Positions 10,419 through 20,285 of a stretch of DNA of 64,000 nucleotides are shown piece by piece. The translations under genes and the position numbers were made by a program. A model generated the notes under the pieces. That model saw nothing but the letters and a program-made list of their open reading frames with translations. It did no database searches and was not told the DNA's origin. Position 1 is the first letter of the stretch. Every line of letters begins with the position of its first letter. This DNA comes from Coleofasciculus chthonoplastes F2-STO-03 (GTDB lineage Bacteria > Cyanobacteriota > Cyanobacteriia > Cyanobacteriales > Coleofasciculaceae), in the NCBI GenBank assembly GCA_040222015.1, contig JAVJWO010000072.1:1-64000 (forward strand). Direction: 5' to 3'.

Positions 10419-11771
10419 TCAGCCGACTCTTGTACTTAGATTTAATTCCAATCCCTCATCCTGTTTTAGCGTTGAAGGCACATATAGAGCTAAGGTAATT
10501 GCTCTGATCACCATAAACACTAATAACCCCAACCACAACAGATGAACATTCTCAAACTGCCACGCCGCAATCACTAAAGGAACAAATCCGATAAAGAACG
10601 CGGCGAGGATGCCATTTCGCAGGACAAACATTTGAGTTAAGCCCAAAAAATATCCCTCTAACATATAGACAAAGCCCACCATTACTAACACAGGCAATAG
10701 CCATAAAACATAGTCATTAATTTGGTCAATTACCTCTAAATGATTGGTTAATAAGCCAAACATTTTTTCGGGAAAGGAAATAAAAACCAATGCCAGAGCT
10801 AATCCTAAACTCAAGCTCGTTCCCCCAGACAAGCGCAGTAGGGGAAGCAACTTCTCGTGGCACCCCTCACCGTGAAAATTTCCAGCTAAGGTTTCCGTCG
10901 CAAATGCTGAACCCTCAATTAAAAATACGGCGAGATTGACCACTTCCACCATTAAACTGTTACCCGCTAAAACGACGGTTCCCAGAAAACCACTCAAGCT
11001 CGCAAAGAGCGCAAACGTTGTAATTGTTCCCAGCGAGCGGATCAATACATCGAGATTCATCTGAAATGTGGCTTTTAGCGCCACGGGGTCAAAAATTTGT
11101 CTGGCTACGGCTGGTAATTTTTGCAAATAACCATCTCCAGCTATCAGTATTAGCGCTAAAACGAACATCACATACTGACTAATTGCCGTTGCTGCACCTG
11201 CTCCCGCACTATTCCATCCCCACTGGACAATAAATAAGTAATCTAAAACAATATTGGTGCCATTGCTAATAATGGATAGAGCTAGCACTTTCTTACTCTG
11301 AGATTGCCCTAAAAACCAACCGATTAGCACGAGATTAGATAAAGCTGCGGGTGCTGCCCAAATCCGGGTATTGTAGTAGTCTCTCGCAGCTACTTTTACC
11401 TCTGGTGCAGCACTGAGCAGAGTAAAACCGAGTTCTCTAATGGGGTAATGTAAGAGTAGAATAATTGCCGCAACCATGAGTGCGACTAAACCGTTTCGCA
11501 ACAAGATTAATAACACAGCCTCGTTGTCTGAACGTCCCACTGCCTGAGCCGTTGAACCAGTCGTTGCCATGCGTAAAAACTTACAAGTGCGGTAAAGGTA
11601 ATCGAAAAGAATGACCGCAATAGCGACTCCCGCTAGATAGCGAATATCCGTTAAATGTCCTAAAAATGCTAAATCAACTAACCCGACTAACGGAACAATA
11701 ATATTGGAGATAATGTTAACAACTGTGAGTTTAGTAAAACGAGAGCTAATCTGAAAATCTGTTTCCTGCAT
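10419..11771 (-). CDS. MATE family efflux transporter (DinF-like)
   Basis: PLVGLVDLAFLGHL and FLRMATTG motifs with about 12 hydrophobic segments. Confidence 0.93.
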   Translation of the reverse strand: MQETDFQISSRFTKLTVVNIISNIIVPLVGLVDLAFLGHLTDIRYLAGVAIAVILFDYLYRTCKFLRMATTGSTAQAVGRSDNEAVLLILLRNGLVALMVAAIILLLHYPIRELGFTLLSAAPEVKVAARDYYNTRIWAAPAALSNLVLIGWFLGQSQSKKVLALSIISNGTNIVLDYLFIVQWGWNSAGAGAATAISQYVMFVLALILIAGDGYLQKLPAVARQIFDPVALKATFQMNLDVLIRSLGTITTFALFASLSGFLGTVVLAGNSLMVEVVNLAVFLIEGSAFATETLAGNFHGEGCHEKLLPLLRLSGGTSLSLGLALALVFISFPEKMFGLLTNHLEVIDQINDYVLWLLPVLVMVGFVYMLEGYFLGLTQMFVLRNGILAAFFIGFVPLVIAAWQFENVHLLWLGLLVFMVIRAITLALYVPSTLKQDEGLELNLSTRVG

Positions 11772-12350
11772 ATTATAATTTAAAGGGTCTTACTGTTATT
11801 TGACCGCTGTTTAGATATAATTTGAATCTAATTAAATAAATATTAGAGTGCAAACAGGATAGAAACACCTGAAAATTGAAAATCAGTTCTGATCCTCTAC
11901 TCCCCTGGGGACAAGGAGGTGATCAGTAACTTTTTCCGTCATGCACTAGTAGAGGAAACACTGCAAAAATCTGATGTTTTACCGATAAATAATAGATGTG
12001 AGTCTTGATTCAATTACTCACTAAACAGATTTCACGTTTCATCAGTAATTTTTGTTCAAAAAGCTGGTATCAATTTAATTTTTTACTAAACCTTAACTTT
12101 CATTTAACTGTAGCATTGCATATTCACAACGTCTAGGGAAAAAACATATATTTTTTTTATGTTAAAATCAAGTTTATTAGGATATTCATATACTAAAAAT
12201 CGTACTTTATTGTGTAATACGTGATATGTTAATGATTTACCCAATTTGAAATAGCTTTGCGAGCGCCAAAGCTAAATAACCTAAAATGGTGGAATAGATT
12301 TTACGGTTAAATCTGGCGCACGTCAGTCATCCGTGTCAACTTAAGACACA

Positions 12351-12377
12351 GTAGGGGTTTGGTTACCAAACCCCTAC
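12351..12377. repeat. Perfect GTAG palindrome
   Basis: GTAGGGGTTTGGT-T-ACCAAACCCCTAC abutting the PAP2 stop. Confidence 0.9.
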
Positions 12378-13099
12378 TATACGGATGGTATAGTCTCCTC
12401 TTTCTCAAGTCGTCGCTGACTCCGATGGGGTCTAATCAGCAAACAGACACCAACCGCCCAAGCAATGGATGCCATCCAACCGGCAATAATATCACTGGGG
12501 TAGTGAACCCCTAAATACATCCGAGTCCAACCGATCGCGATCGCAAACACGATACTCCCAATCACAACCAGCCAACGCCAACGGGTATTCCACGTCAAAA
12601 TAATTAATACAATCGCAAAAGTCATGCTTCCCATCGCATGTCCACTGGGAAACGCATAATCAAATTCTGGCGCCGGGGATTCCCAAAGGTTAGGGCGCAC
12701 TCGCTGGAGAACTAATTTCGCCGTGCGATTGATAATCACACTCCCTAATAAAGTTATCAGTGCATAGGTGAGTAATCGCCACTGGCGTCGGAATGCCAAG
12801 AACAGTACTATCGCTACAGATAAGGGCAATACCCCCCAATAGGCACCGAACTTCGTCAGGGTTATCGCAAACGCATCAAGTTGAGGGGACGCTGTTGAGT
12901 GAATCGCTAATAAAATTGGCACATCCCAAGGAAAACCCCCTTCCTTTTCCCAAACCTCTTCGGCTAGTTCTCCGAAGATTTGCAGGGGGAAATAAACACC
13001 CAGAAATAAGACAACCAGAGAACGCCAATGGTGGATCAGTAATTTGCTCAGAAATTTAAAAAATGATTGAATACGCTTTGAGAGTTCATAAATAGACAT
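12377..13099 (-). CDS. PAP2 family membrane phosphatase
   Basis: K..RVRP, FPSGH and TRMYLGVHYPSD motifs. Start is probably ATG 13099 (ORF extends to 13189). Confidence 0.93.
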   Translation of the reverse strand: MSIYELSKRIQSFFKFLSKLLIHHWRSLVVLFLGVYFPLQIFGELAEEVWEKEGGFPWDVPILLAIHSTASPQLDAFAITLTKFGAYWGVLPLSVAIVLFLAFRRQWRLLTYALITLLGSVIINRTAKLVLQRVRPNLWESPAPEFDYAFPSGHAMGSMTFAIVLIILTWNTRWRWLVVIGSIVFAIAIGWTRMYLGVHYPSDIIAGWMASIAWAVGVCLLIRPHRSQRRLEKEETIPSV

Positions 13100-13236
13100 T
13101 AAACCTGCGAAATGTGACTGTGTACAACTTAAAAAAAATGGCGACTTCCTCAAAAGTCTGATTATCCCACATCTGAGGACAAAGGACATAAAGAAATTAT
13201 TTATCCCTCATCCTTATACATACATTTAAAATTAGG

Positions 13237-13365
13237 TCAGGGCGGTTTTTGATTCAACGTTATCATCAATGGCAAAACGAAAGTCCCTAAACTAGCCCAG
13301 TGGTAGGGGCGGGTTTAGTCAAATCTGGGTCTAAAAGAAACGATAGTTGTAAAACCCGCCCCTAC
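13237..13365. repeat. Two adjacent long REP-doublet (REPIN-like) hairpins
   Basis: GGGCGG(G)TTT..about 36-40 nt..AAACCCGCCCCTAC family (first copy degenerate). Other copies at 24695, 24759, 40663, 43630, 50158, 50245, 53315, 55543 and 57810. Confidence 0.9.
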
Positions 13366-13395
13366 AACCTTCAACAATCAAAAGGCTTGTATCTC

Positions 13396-13731
13396 TCATC
13401 GAACAGATACATTTTCTGAAATCCACTGTAAATAAGCCTGAGATCCAGCAATAATCGGCAGGGCAATAATTTCGGGAACCTCGTAACTATGCAACTCCTG
13501 AATTTTGGCAGCTAACTGGTCAAATAGAGATAAATCTGTTTTGATCACCAATTGCCACTCTTGGTCACGATTCACCTTTCCATCCCAGGTATAAATCGAT
13601 CGCACGGGTGTAATACTGACACAAGCTGCCATCCGCCCTTCCACTAAGGATGAAGCGATCGCGTCTGCTTCTTCTTTTGACGTTGCCGTTACCAAGACTA
13701 CACCATAGCTAGAGGTTGATGTCTTTTCCAT
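13396..13731 (-). CDS. cutA: Divalent cation tolerance protein CutA
   Basis: AACV, SIYTWDG and HSYEVPEII motifs. Confidence 0.95.
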   Translation of the reverse strand: MEKTSTSSYGVVLVTATSKEEADAIASSLVEGRMAACVSITPVRSIYTWDGKVNRDQEWQLVIKTDLSLFDQLAAKIQELHSYEVPEIIALPIIAGSQAYLQWISENVSVR

Positions 13732-14083
13732 AGAACCATTCCTCTGTTCCTACGCCTGGTTCATTGTATCAATTCACCCGAAAAAAATATATAGTTACAC
13801 GAGATGATCGTGCGATCGCGGAGTATCTATATCAGAGGTAGGAATAGTACCTCGTGGATAAATCATCCTTTAGCAGGTAGCGTTAATTCCACGTTTTCTG
13901 CTATTGAAACAGGCATTCCTCGTTCCCTATTCTCTCTCACTAAGGGAATTCTCAAAAGCATTATGCTGTTGGCAAAAGCCTGTAACCTCAGAAAACGCCC
14001 AACCCGTTACCGCTACGGTTTAAGCGGCGCGAGAATGGATTCAATTGCTACAGAAGAGTTGACAGGTAGACAATTTTTACTAA

Positions 14084-14104
14084 TTGTAGTATTGTATAAT
14101 ACAA
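14084..14104. promoter_or_regulatory. 21-bp palindromic operator overlapping a TATAAT -10 box, NrtR-box-like
   Basis: TTGTA-GT-ATTGTAT-AA-TACAA upstream of kptA; TATAAT at 14095-14100. Confidence 0.5.
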
Positions 14105-14226
14105 AGTGGCATAGTCCTCACCCATGAGGGTGAACCCATTGATCTGACTCAGACTCAAGGCAACGTTAGCCAACCATTGTTTAGGGTTAGCGAAACTATT
14201 CTTAAAAGCTATTGATTCAATCAACC

Positions 14227-14772
14227 ATGAACTCTACCCGCCTGGTTAAAATTAGCAAATATCTCAGCAAACATCTGCGGCATCAACCCGAACGGATTGG
14301 GTTAACCTTAGAACCAGGGGGTTGGGTCAACGTTAATCAACTTCTATCTGCTTGTAAACAGTATTCCTTTCCTCTTACTCTCAATGAACTTAAAGAAGTC
14401 GTCGCCAACAATGATAAACAACGCTTTTCCTTTGATGCGACAGAAACTCGGATTCGTGCCAATCAAGGACATAGTGTCGCGATTGATTTACAGTTAGAAC
14501 CAACCCTTCCACCAGAGGTACTCTACCACGGTACAGGTCACCGAACTGTGGAAGCGATTCGGCATCAAGGCTTATGTAAAATGTCACGGCATCACGTCCA
14601 CTTATCGCCGGATATCGCCACCGCCAAAAAAGTAGGACAGCGTCATGGCCGTCCGGTGGTTTTGGCTGTCGATGCTAAAGCCATGTCTGAAAAAGGTCAT
14701 ACATTCTACTGTTCCGAAAATGGGGTGTGGTTAGTGAATTTTGTTCCCCCTAAATATCTACAGCAACTCTAA
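14227..14772 (+). CDS. kptA: RNA 2'-phosphotransferase (Tpt1/KptA)
   Basis: LSKHLRH, NDKQRF, IRANQGHS, LYHGT and RHHVHLS motifs. Confidence 0.96.
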   Translation: MNSTRLVKISKYLSKHLRHQPERIGLTLEPGGWVNVNQLLSACKQYSFPLTLNELKEVVANNDKQRFSFDATETRIRANQGHSVAIDLQLEPTLPPEVLYHGTGHRTVEAIRHQGLCKMSRHHVHLSPDIATAKKVGQRHGRPVVLAVDAKAMSEKGHTFYCSENGVWLVNFVPPKYLQQL

Positions 14773-14809
14773 TCCGCCAGGAGTCTCCAACTCAGCAGGA
14801 AAAATAGTG

Positions 14810-16015
14810 ATGAATTCAGAACAGGTTTGGTCTCAAGAAAATTCTCATCAGAATAATCGGCAAGCGAAAGGGTTATTGGGGTTAGGCTGGCGTCCTTTAT
14901 CCCGGCAGTTTGATTTGGATTTCATTTTACATTTGTTGCAAAATGACACATCAGAGTTATTGCAAAATACTCTAGATTTTACCAGTGATGTGGCTGATGC
15001 ATTAGGGCGAAATCACTATAATATTTTTGCCAATGTTTTGAGCTTATTTTCCGAAAATATGCGTTATGAGTGGGATGAGTTCTGGGAATACATTACCCCT
15101 GACCCGCCAGCCCCCAATCATTCTCAGGGGGAGACGATATTCGTCAATACACCCGTCACCCAAACGGTTACCCGTGAGAGTATTCCGATTGAGTATGTCC
15201 TGAATCGACTGCAAGAAGTCACTTTATTTAAAGTCTTAGATATTCTGGGCAGTCCCGATTTAATTACTCAAGATTACATGGATCGCCGCTTTTATTATCC
15301 CCTGGAAAAGTTTGCCAATTGGCAACGCTTAGACGTTTTTGGCACAGTCTATGCCTACTGGTCTAATCCCGAAATTTGGTTACAAATCAATAACCAGGGT
15401 CAAGGACGGCGCTGCTACAGTTTAATGGCGGATGAAATTCGACCTTTAGTGAATAAAGCGACCTATAATGTAGCCGTGATGCTGAGTGGCTATCAAAGTC
15501 GGGTGGGACAGGTTCACAGTCAGTTTCAGATTAGAGATTTTCCCAACGATATTCAACGGTTTACGGATACCGTTCAGCAGGCAATTCTGGATCAAAATCA
15601 GTTAGCAATTGTGGTGCATGGTGAACCGGGAACCGGGAAAACGGTATGGACACAAGCGGTGGCAAAAGAAATTCTTGTACCGTTGGGGTATACTATTTTT
15701 ATTCTGGATCATGATGCGGTAGAAAATTTTGTACCGCCGAGTTATTTGGAACGAGTTGCCCTAATTATTAACGAAGCGGATAACTTAGCCAAAAATCGAG
15801 CTAGTGAAGTGGCGCAATGGAATAATAAAACGGAGCATATTCTCAGTTTGCTGGATGGAACGTTATATCAGAGTGTGATTGATGACACCGGAATTAAAGC
15901 GCAGCAAAAATTAGTGGTATTAATGACTTGTAATACCACAGAACGCTTCGACCCGGCGATGTTACGTAAAGGACGAGTGGATTTGACCTATGAGTTTATG
16001 CATCGATTTGTGTAA
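14810..16015 (+). CDS. AAA+ ATPase with uncharacterised N-terminal domain
   Basis: Walker A GEPGTGKT, Walker B-like LIINEAD and SRH TCNTTERFDPAMLRKGRVD. Confidence 0.88.
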   Translation: MNSEQVWSQENSHQNNRQAKGLLGLGWRPLSRQFDLDFILHLLQNDTSELLQNTLDFTSDVADALGRNHYNIFANVLSLFSENMRYEWDEFWEYITPDPPAPNHSQGETIFVNTPVTQTVTRESIPIEYVLNRLQEVTLFKVLDILGSPDLITQDYMDRRFYYPLEKFANWQRLDVFGTVYAYWSNPEIWLQINNQGQGRRCYSLMADEIRPLVNKATYNVAVMLSGYQSRVGQVHSQFQIRDFPNDIQRFTDTVQQAILDQNQLAIVVHGEPGTGKTVWTQAVAKEILVPLGYTIFILDHDAVENFVPPSYLERVALIINEADNLAKNRASEVAQWNNKTEHILSLLDGTLYQSVIDDTGIKAQQKLVVLMTCNTTERFDPAMLRKGRVDLTYEFMHRFV

Positions 16016-16075
16016 GGCTGAGTAGATTTGACGATTAAATCGGGCGCACGTCGGTGCGCCCCTACCTCAACATTT

Positions 16076-16115
16076 CTACCCCACCCTAACCCTCCCCTTA
16101 TCAAGGGGAAGGAAC
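16076..16115. repeat. Dispersed cyanobacterial repeat CCCCACCCTAACCCTCCCC..GGGGA(A/G)GGAAC
   Basis: Near-identical copy at about 28703-28745. Confidence 0.85.
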
Positions 16116-16307
16116 CGGATAAGATTAAAGCGATGAAATTCAAAGTTTTACAGGGAAAAGTTCTCACCTTAAGTTGACACGGATGCAAACCTCGCGCCCC
16201 GACGAGGCTGATGTAACAATTGAGACATGGTACGCTACTTCAAATAATTTCATCCTAAAGGCATAAGCTAAAATTGACCTTATTTCCTAAAATGAGAGAG
16301 TCTCCGT

Positions 16308-16323
16308 TGTAAGAGTTATTACA
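16308..16323. promoter_or_regulatory. Candidate NtcA box
   Basis: TGTA-AGAGTTAT-TACA (GTA-N8-TAC) upstream of the lipoprotein gene. Confidence 0.4.
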
Positions 16324-16370
16324 TTATGTAAATACCCTAGTAACGAGATAATGAATTCTATAAAAAAGTT

Positions 16371-16664
16371 ATGTCTTTTCTAAAACGACCCCTTCTATTA
16401 CTTCCTCTGGCTTTACTGCTTGTTGTTTCAACAGGTTGTCGCGTGGAAAAAGAGCAAGCCGGGGAAGAACCGGATGTAGATGTAAACGTAGATCCTGGAC
16501 AGTTGCCCGAATATGAAGTTGAAGGACCAGAAGTTGATGTAGGAACTGAGGAAAAAGAGATTACCGTTCCTGATGTGGAGGTAACCCAAGAAGAAAAGAC
16601 GATTACCGCGCCTGATGTTGATATTCAACCTCCAACTGACAATGATTCCCAAGGAAATCAATAA
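16371..16664 (+). CDS. Small acidic lipoprotein with P(D/E)V(D/E)V repeats
   Basis: Hydrophobic signal with STGC lipobox; acidic repeats. Confidence 0.8.
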   Translation: MSFLKRPLLLLPLALLLVVSTGCRVEKEQAGEEPDVDVNVDPGQLPEYEVEGPEVDVGTEEKEITVPDVEVTQEEKTITAPDVDIQPPTDNDSQGNQ

Positions 16665-16676
16665 TAGTAACCGTTA

Positions 16677-16708
16677 GGGAGCTTCTTTTGGCAACTGAGA
16701 AGCTCCCT
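16677..16708 (+). terminator. Stem-loop after the lipoprotein gene
   Basis: AGGGAGCTTCT...AGAAGCTCCCT inverted repeat. Confidence 0.65.
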
Positions 16709-17030
16709 GAATAATTTAGCCTTATTGTGTCCCAGGATAACCATTAGCACCATAAGCGGCTAACTCAAATTTAGTATTTAAACTTCTTATAACGACCTGG
16801 AAAACTGGTATATAATAGTATGCCAGTTTTTGAACTGTCTATACTACCGTTGTAACTTGAACCGTTGCGACTCCAAGCTATTCAGGATGGTGTAATCAAA
16901 GCAACGAAGTGGAGATGGTGACAAAGGAAAAACTGGGCTATTGCATTTCCTATCGAGGAAAGACGTTATCAAAGATGAATGATGAAGTCTATTCCGGCTA
17001 CCTCGGTGTTCCCTGTTTCCCTAATTGCCT

Positions 17031-17972
17031 ATGAGTTCCTCCGTAGAGAATCAGCAAACCCAACAAACCCAATCGTCACCCCTAACCCCTGCAATGATTC
17101 AACGGGTGAAAGAAGGATTGAGTGCAGCCCGCGATCGCAGAGTGCGTGATGCTGTCGAAAATGCTAGGAATAATCTGAATGCGATCGCGAATGGGGAGTC
17201 AGATCAGCGAGTCAGGGGAAGGGTAAGGCGTTTCATCCTGCGATCGTTCATTCATCTGCTGTTCCCCGTGCGAATCGAAAACCCGGAATATATCCCCACT
17301 CAACCCGCGTTACTCGCCGCCAACCATCTCAATCACATTGATCCATTACTGATTCTCGCCGAAGTCCCAGGACATCCCTACTACTACACCCCGGCTGACG
17401 CCCGTACTCTCTATAACCATTGGTGGAAACGCCGGATTTTGGGTTGGGCGGGGGGTGTCATTCCCCTAGAACGGCGCTGGAAAGAAGAAAAAGCGGTTAT
17501 TGAAGCCGCCCAATCAGGGCGTGAAGATTTAGCCGACTTAGCCGCCGCCATTGAAGAGGATGTACCAAGCAACGCCGGATTAGGTACTATGCGACAGATA
17601 GAACGGGTGGTGCAGGCAATTTTTGCCTGTGGGGATGGCGTTTTAATCTTTCCAGAGGGGAGATTGGGTGAGGTTGAAGGTGAATTACAATTGCCCTTAG
17701 CGCGAGGTGTGATTATGTATGCGTTGCGGGCTGGCGTACCGATTGTACCCGTAGCCTTGATTGGCACCCATGACCTTTATTTTCGCAAGCCATTAACCCT
17801 GCGATTTGGCGAACCCTTGCACTTTCCCCAATCCCAACGCCCCAAACCGAAGGAAGTCAAAAAGGCGATGGAAACGTTACAAGAGGCGCTGATTAAACTA
17901 TTACCTAATAACTATCAAGAACCCAACCAACCCAAGCCGCTGCGTCATTGGCTCAATTGCCTATTGTTGTAG
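17031..17972 (+). CDS. Lysophospholipid acyltransferase (PlsC family)
   Basis: NHLNHID, IFPEG and PIVPVAL motifs. Confidence 0.9.
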   Translation: MSSSVENQQTQQTQSSPLTPAMIQRVKEGLSAARDRRVRDAVENARNNLNAIANGESDQRVRGRVRRFILRSFIHLLFPVRIENPEYIPTQPALLAANHLNHIDPLLILAEVPGHPYYYTPADARTLYNHWWKRRILGWAGGVIPLERRWKEEKAVIEAAQSGREDLADLAAAIEEDVPSNAGLGTMRQIERVVQAIFACGDGVLIFPEGRLGEVEGELQLPLARGVIMYALRAGVPIVPVALIGTHDLYFRKPLTLRFGEPLHFPQSQRPKPKEVKKAMETLQEALIKLLPNNYQEPNQPKPLRHWLNCLLL

Positions 17973-18106
17973 GGTTTCACTACTATCGTTTGAAATGGTG
18001 CGTTACGCTTTGCTCTCCTCACCCTACACCCGCTAAACCTACCTCGACAGACAGCAAGCAGTCTTCAACAAAGGACAAATAACAAATGACTAAGGACAAA
18101 TGATAA

Positions 18107-19510
18107 ATGACAAACACTGATTTAGCCTTCACACCCGCCTTAGAACAAGCGCAATTAATTCGCCAAGGTCAAGTATCTCCCTTAGAATTAGTCGAACTTT
18201 ATTTAGCCCGCATTCAACAGTTTAATTCTCAATTGGGCAGTTATTTTAGTGTCGCCACTGATATGGCGTTAGCGGATGCCAAAGCCAAGACTGAACAGTT
18301 GACGCAGATAAAAGACAGTGCTGAACTGCCCCCCTTTTTTGGCGTACCCATTGCCATCAAAGACCTCACAGCTGTCCAGGGTTTACCCTGTAGCTACGGC
18401 ACACCGATTCTCAAAGATAAAATAGCGCCTTATGATGATGGAGTCGTTACCCGGATTAAACAAGCTGGCTTCATTATTTTAGGCAAAACTGCCACCTCAG
18501 AAGTTGGTTCGCTTCCTTATACCGAACCCCCAGGATTTCCCCCAGCCCGTAATCCTTGGAATTTAGAGTACACCCCAGGTGGATCAAGTGGGGGTTCAGC
18601 CGCCGCTGTCGCTGCTGGATTATGCCCCATCGCCCAAGGTTCTGATGGGGGTGGTTCAGTGCGTGGACCCGCCTCCTGCTGCGGAGTGGTGGGGATTAAA
18701 CCTGCACGGGGTCGAGTATCCTTTGCCCCTGTGGGCGATCGCCAAAATGGGATTGCTACTAATGGTGCTTTAGCCCGCACGGTTGCGGATGCGGCGGCGT
18801 TGCTGGATGTGATGTCCGGTTATATTCCCGGTGATCCCTATTGGTTACTTGATCCGGAGGTATCATTTCTGGAAGCCACTCGTCAACCGCTGGGTCAATT
18901 GCGAATTGCCTTTTCTACAGCAATACCCCCTCTAGGAGATGCCGCAGAGGTTTGTCAGCAGGCGGTGCATGAAACGGTGCGGCGATTGGAAGAGATGGGA
19001 CATGAGGTGGAAGCGGGTTGTCCAGATTTTAGCGGTTTAATTGAACCTTTTCAAAAGGTGTGGCAAGCGGGGGTAACGGCTACAGGAATTCCCGTGGCGG
19101 CGTTAAGTCCGATGAATCAGTGGATTGCTGCCCAATCGGGTTCGGCTGGGGAGTATTTGCAAGCCGTTGCCCAGATGCAGATTATATCACGACAGATTGT
19201 CGGATTTTTTGACAAGTTTCAGGTGTTGGTGCTTCCGGTTTATATGGAGCCAACAATTCGGGTGGGGGAATGGGCGTCTTTAAGTCCAGAGGAAACGTTG
19301 CAAAATATTATTCGTTGGATTGCGCCTTGTCCTCCATTTAATGCCAGTGGACTACCCGCGATCGCAATTCCCACGGGATTTGACTCAAAGGGTTTGCCTG
19401 TGGGAGTTCAGCTAGTGGGACGCCCTGCGGCTGAAGCGACGCTGATTGCGTTGGCTACCCGGTTAGAAGCGACAAATCCGGGGATTCACCAGCGTCCAGC
19501 TTTAGAGTAG
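18107..19510 (+). CDS. Amidase signature family protein
   Basis: GVPIAIKD, GGSSGGSAAAVA and GSDGGGSVRGPA. Confidence 0.95.
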   Translation: MTNTDLAFTPALEQAQLIRQGQVSPLELVELYLARIQQFNSQLGSYFSVATDMALADAKAKTEQLTQIKDSAELPPFFGVPIAIKDLTAVQGLPCSYGTPILKDKIAPYDDGVVTRIKQAGFIILGKTATSEVGSLPYTEPPGFPPARNPWNLEYTPGGSSGGSAAAVAAGLCPIAQGSDGGGSVRGPASCCGVVGIKPARGRVSFAPVGDRQNGIATNGALARTVADAAALLDVMSGYIPGDPYWLLDPEVSFLEATRQPLGQLRIAFSTAIPPLGDAAEVCQQAVHETVRRLEEMGHEVEAGCPDFSGLIEPFQKVWQAGVTATGIPVAALSPMNQWIAAQSGSAGEYLQAVAQMQIISRQIVGFFDKFQVLVLPVYMEPTIRVGEWASLSPEETLQNIIRWIAPCPPFNASGLPAIAIPTGFDSKGLPVGVQLVGRPAAEATLIALATRLEATNPGIHQRPALE

Positions 19511-19734
19511 TAAGGATTTGGCGTTTGTTAACATTTCAATCTACACTTGTGGGACAAGTGCCATAATCGAATATTAACAAGGATTAAGCTGTCATGCATT
19601 TAAATTGCGTATTAGTAGCGAGCTTTCTGGCTCGCACTACAAGGATTTCGTCATTGTTGACATTAAGGTTTGAATGCCGAACAGCTTACAGCATTTTTGA
19701 ATTATTTTATTATAGGCACGTCCGCAACCTTGGG

Positions 19735-20025
19735 CTAATTAAGCGTCATACTCTGATTGGTTGCACAATAATCTCGACAATTAATCGCTTGTTCCGAATT
19801 GGCAATAGAGGGATGGATGGTACATTTGAGACGATGATCGTTGGTAAAAAATTGACAGTGGCTACAAGGGATTTGATGCATGCGCTTGGCATTTGCCACA
19901 CCGTCTTTAATCGCCAACAAGACTGTCAGCAGACCCAGGATTACTATTGCCCACGCTAGACAAAAGCACAGAGGTATGAGAAAAGGCTGAATCGCCTGAA
20001 TTAGGGGGTAGAGAACTTGAAACAC
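19735..20025 (-). CDS. Small cyanobacterial membrane protein with Cys-rich C-terminus
   Basis: TM segment followed by IPCSHCQFF..KCTIHP..NCRDY. Confidence 0.75.
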   Translation of the reverse strand: MFQVLYPLIQAIQPFLIPLCFCLAWAIVILGLLTVLLAIKDGVANAKRMHQIPCSHCQFFTNDHRLKCTIHPSIANSEQAINCRDYCATNQSMTLN

Positions 20026-20285
20026 AATCTATCCTGTCTGACAAATCAACCAAACCAATAGTATTATTAAACCTAATCTGAATGATTAGTTTTGGCAATT
20101 ATATCAAATTATGCCCGATCACAAGTACCGCAAGCTTGGCAGTCAATCTGTCTTAGTCTGCACGTTCCGACGCATGTACAGATATGACTATGTGTGCATA
20201 GTTCTGCATAGATTTTTCGGAACGGTGCATGGGTACTCCAGGAAAGAAGGAGATAAGAGAGAATTGTCCCAATCCCCAATTACCC

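Noticed and set aside
6345..11771. Guanitoxin cluster
   Set aside because: A MATE and a kinase are present, but the arginine hydroxylase, cyclase, aldolase and methyltransferase genes are absent.
13237..13365. Repeat-spacer-repeat pattern as a CRISPR array
   Set aside because: The arms are inverted rather than direct, the copies are dispersed, the spacers are related to one another, and no cas genes are present.
13804..14127. 107-aa ORF
   Set aside because: No recognisable motif, and it runs across the putative kptA promoter.
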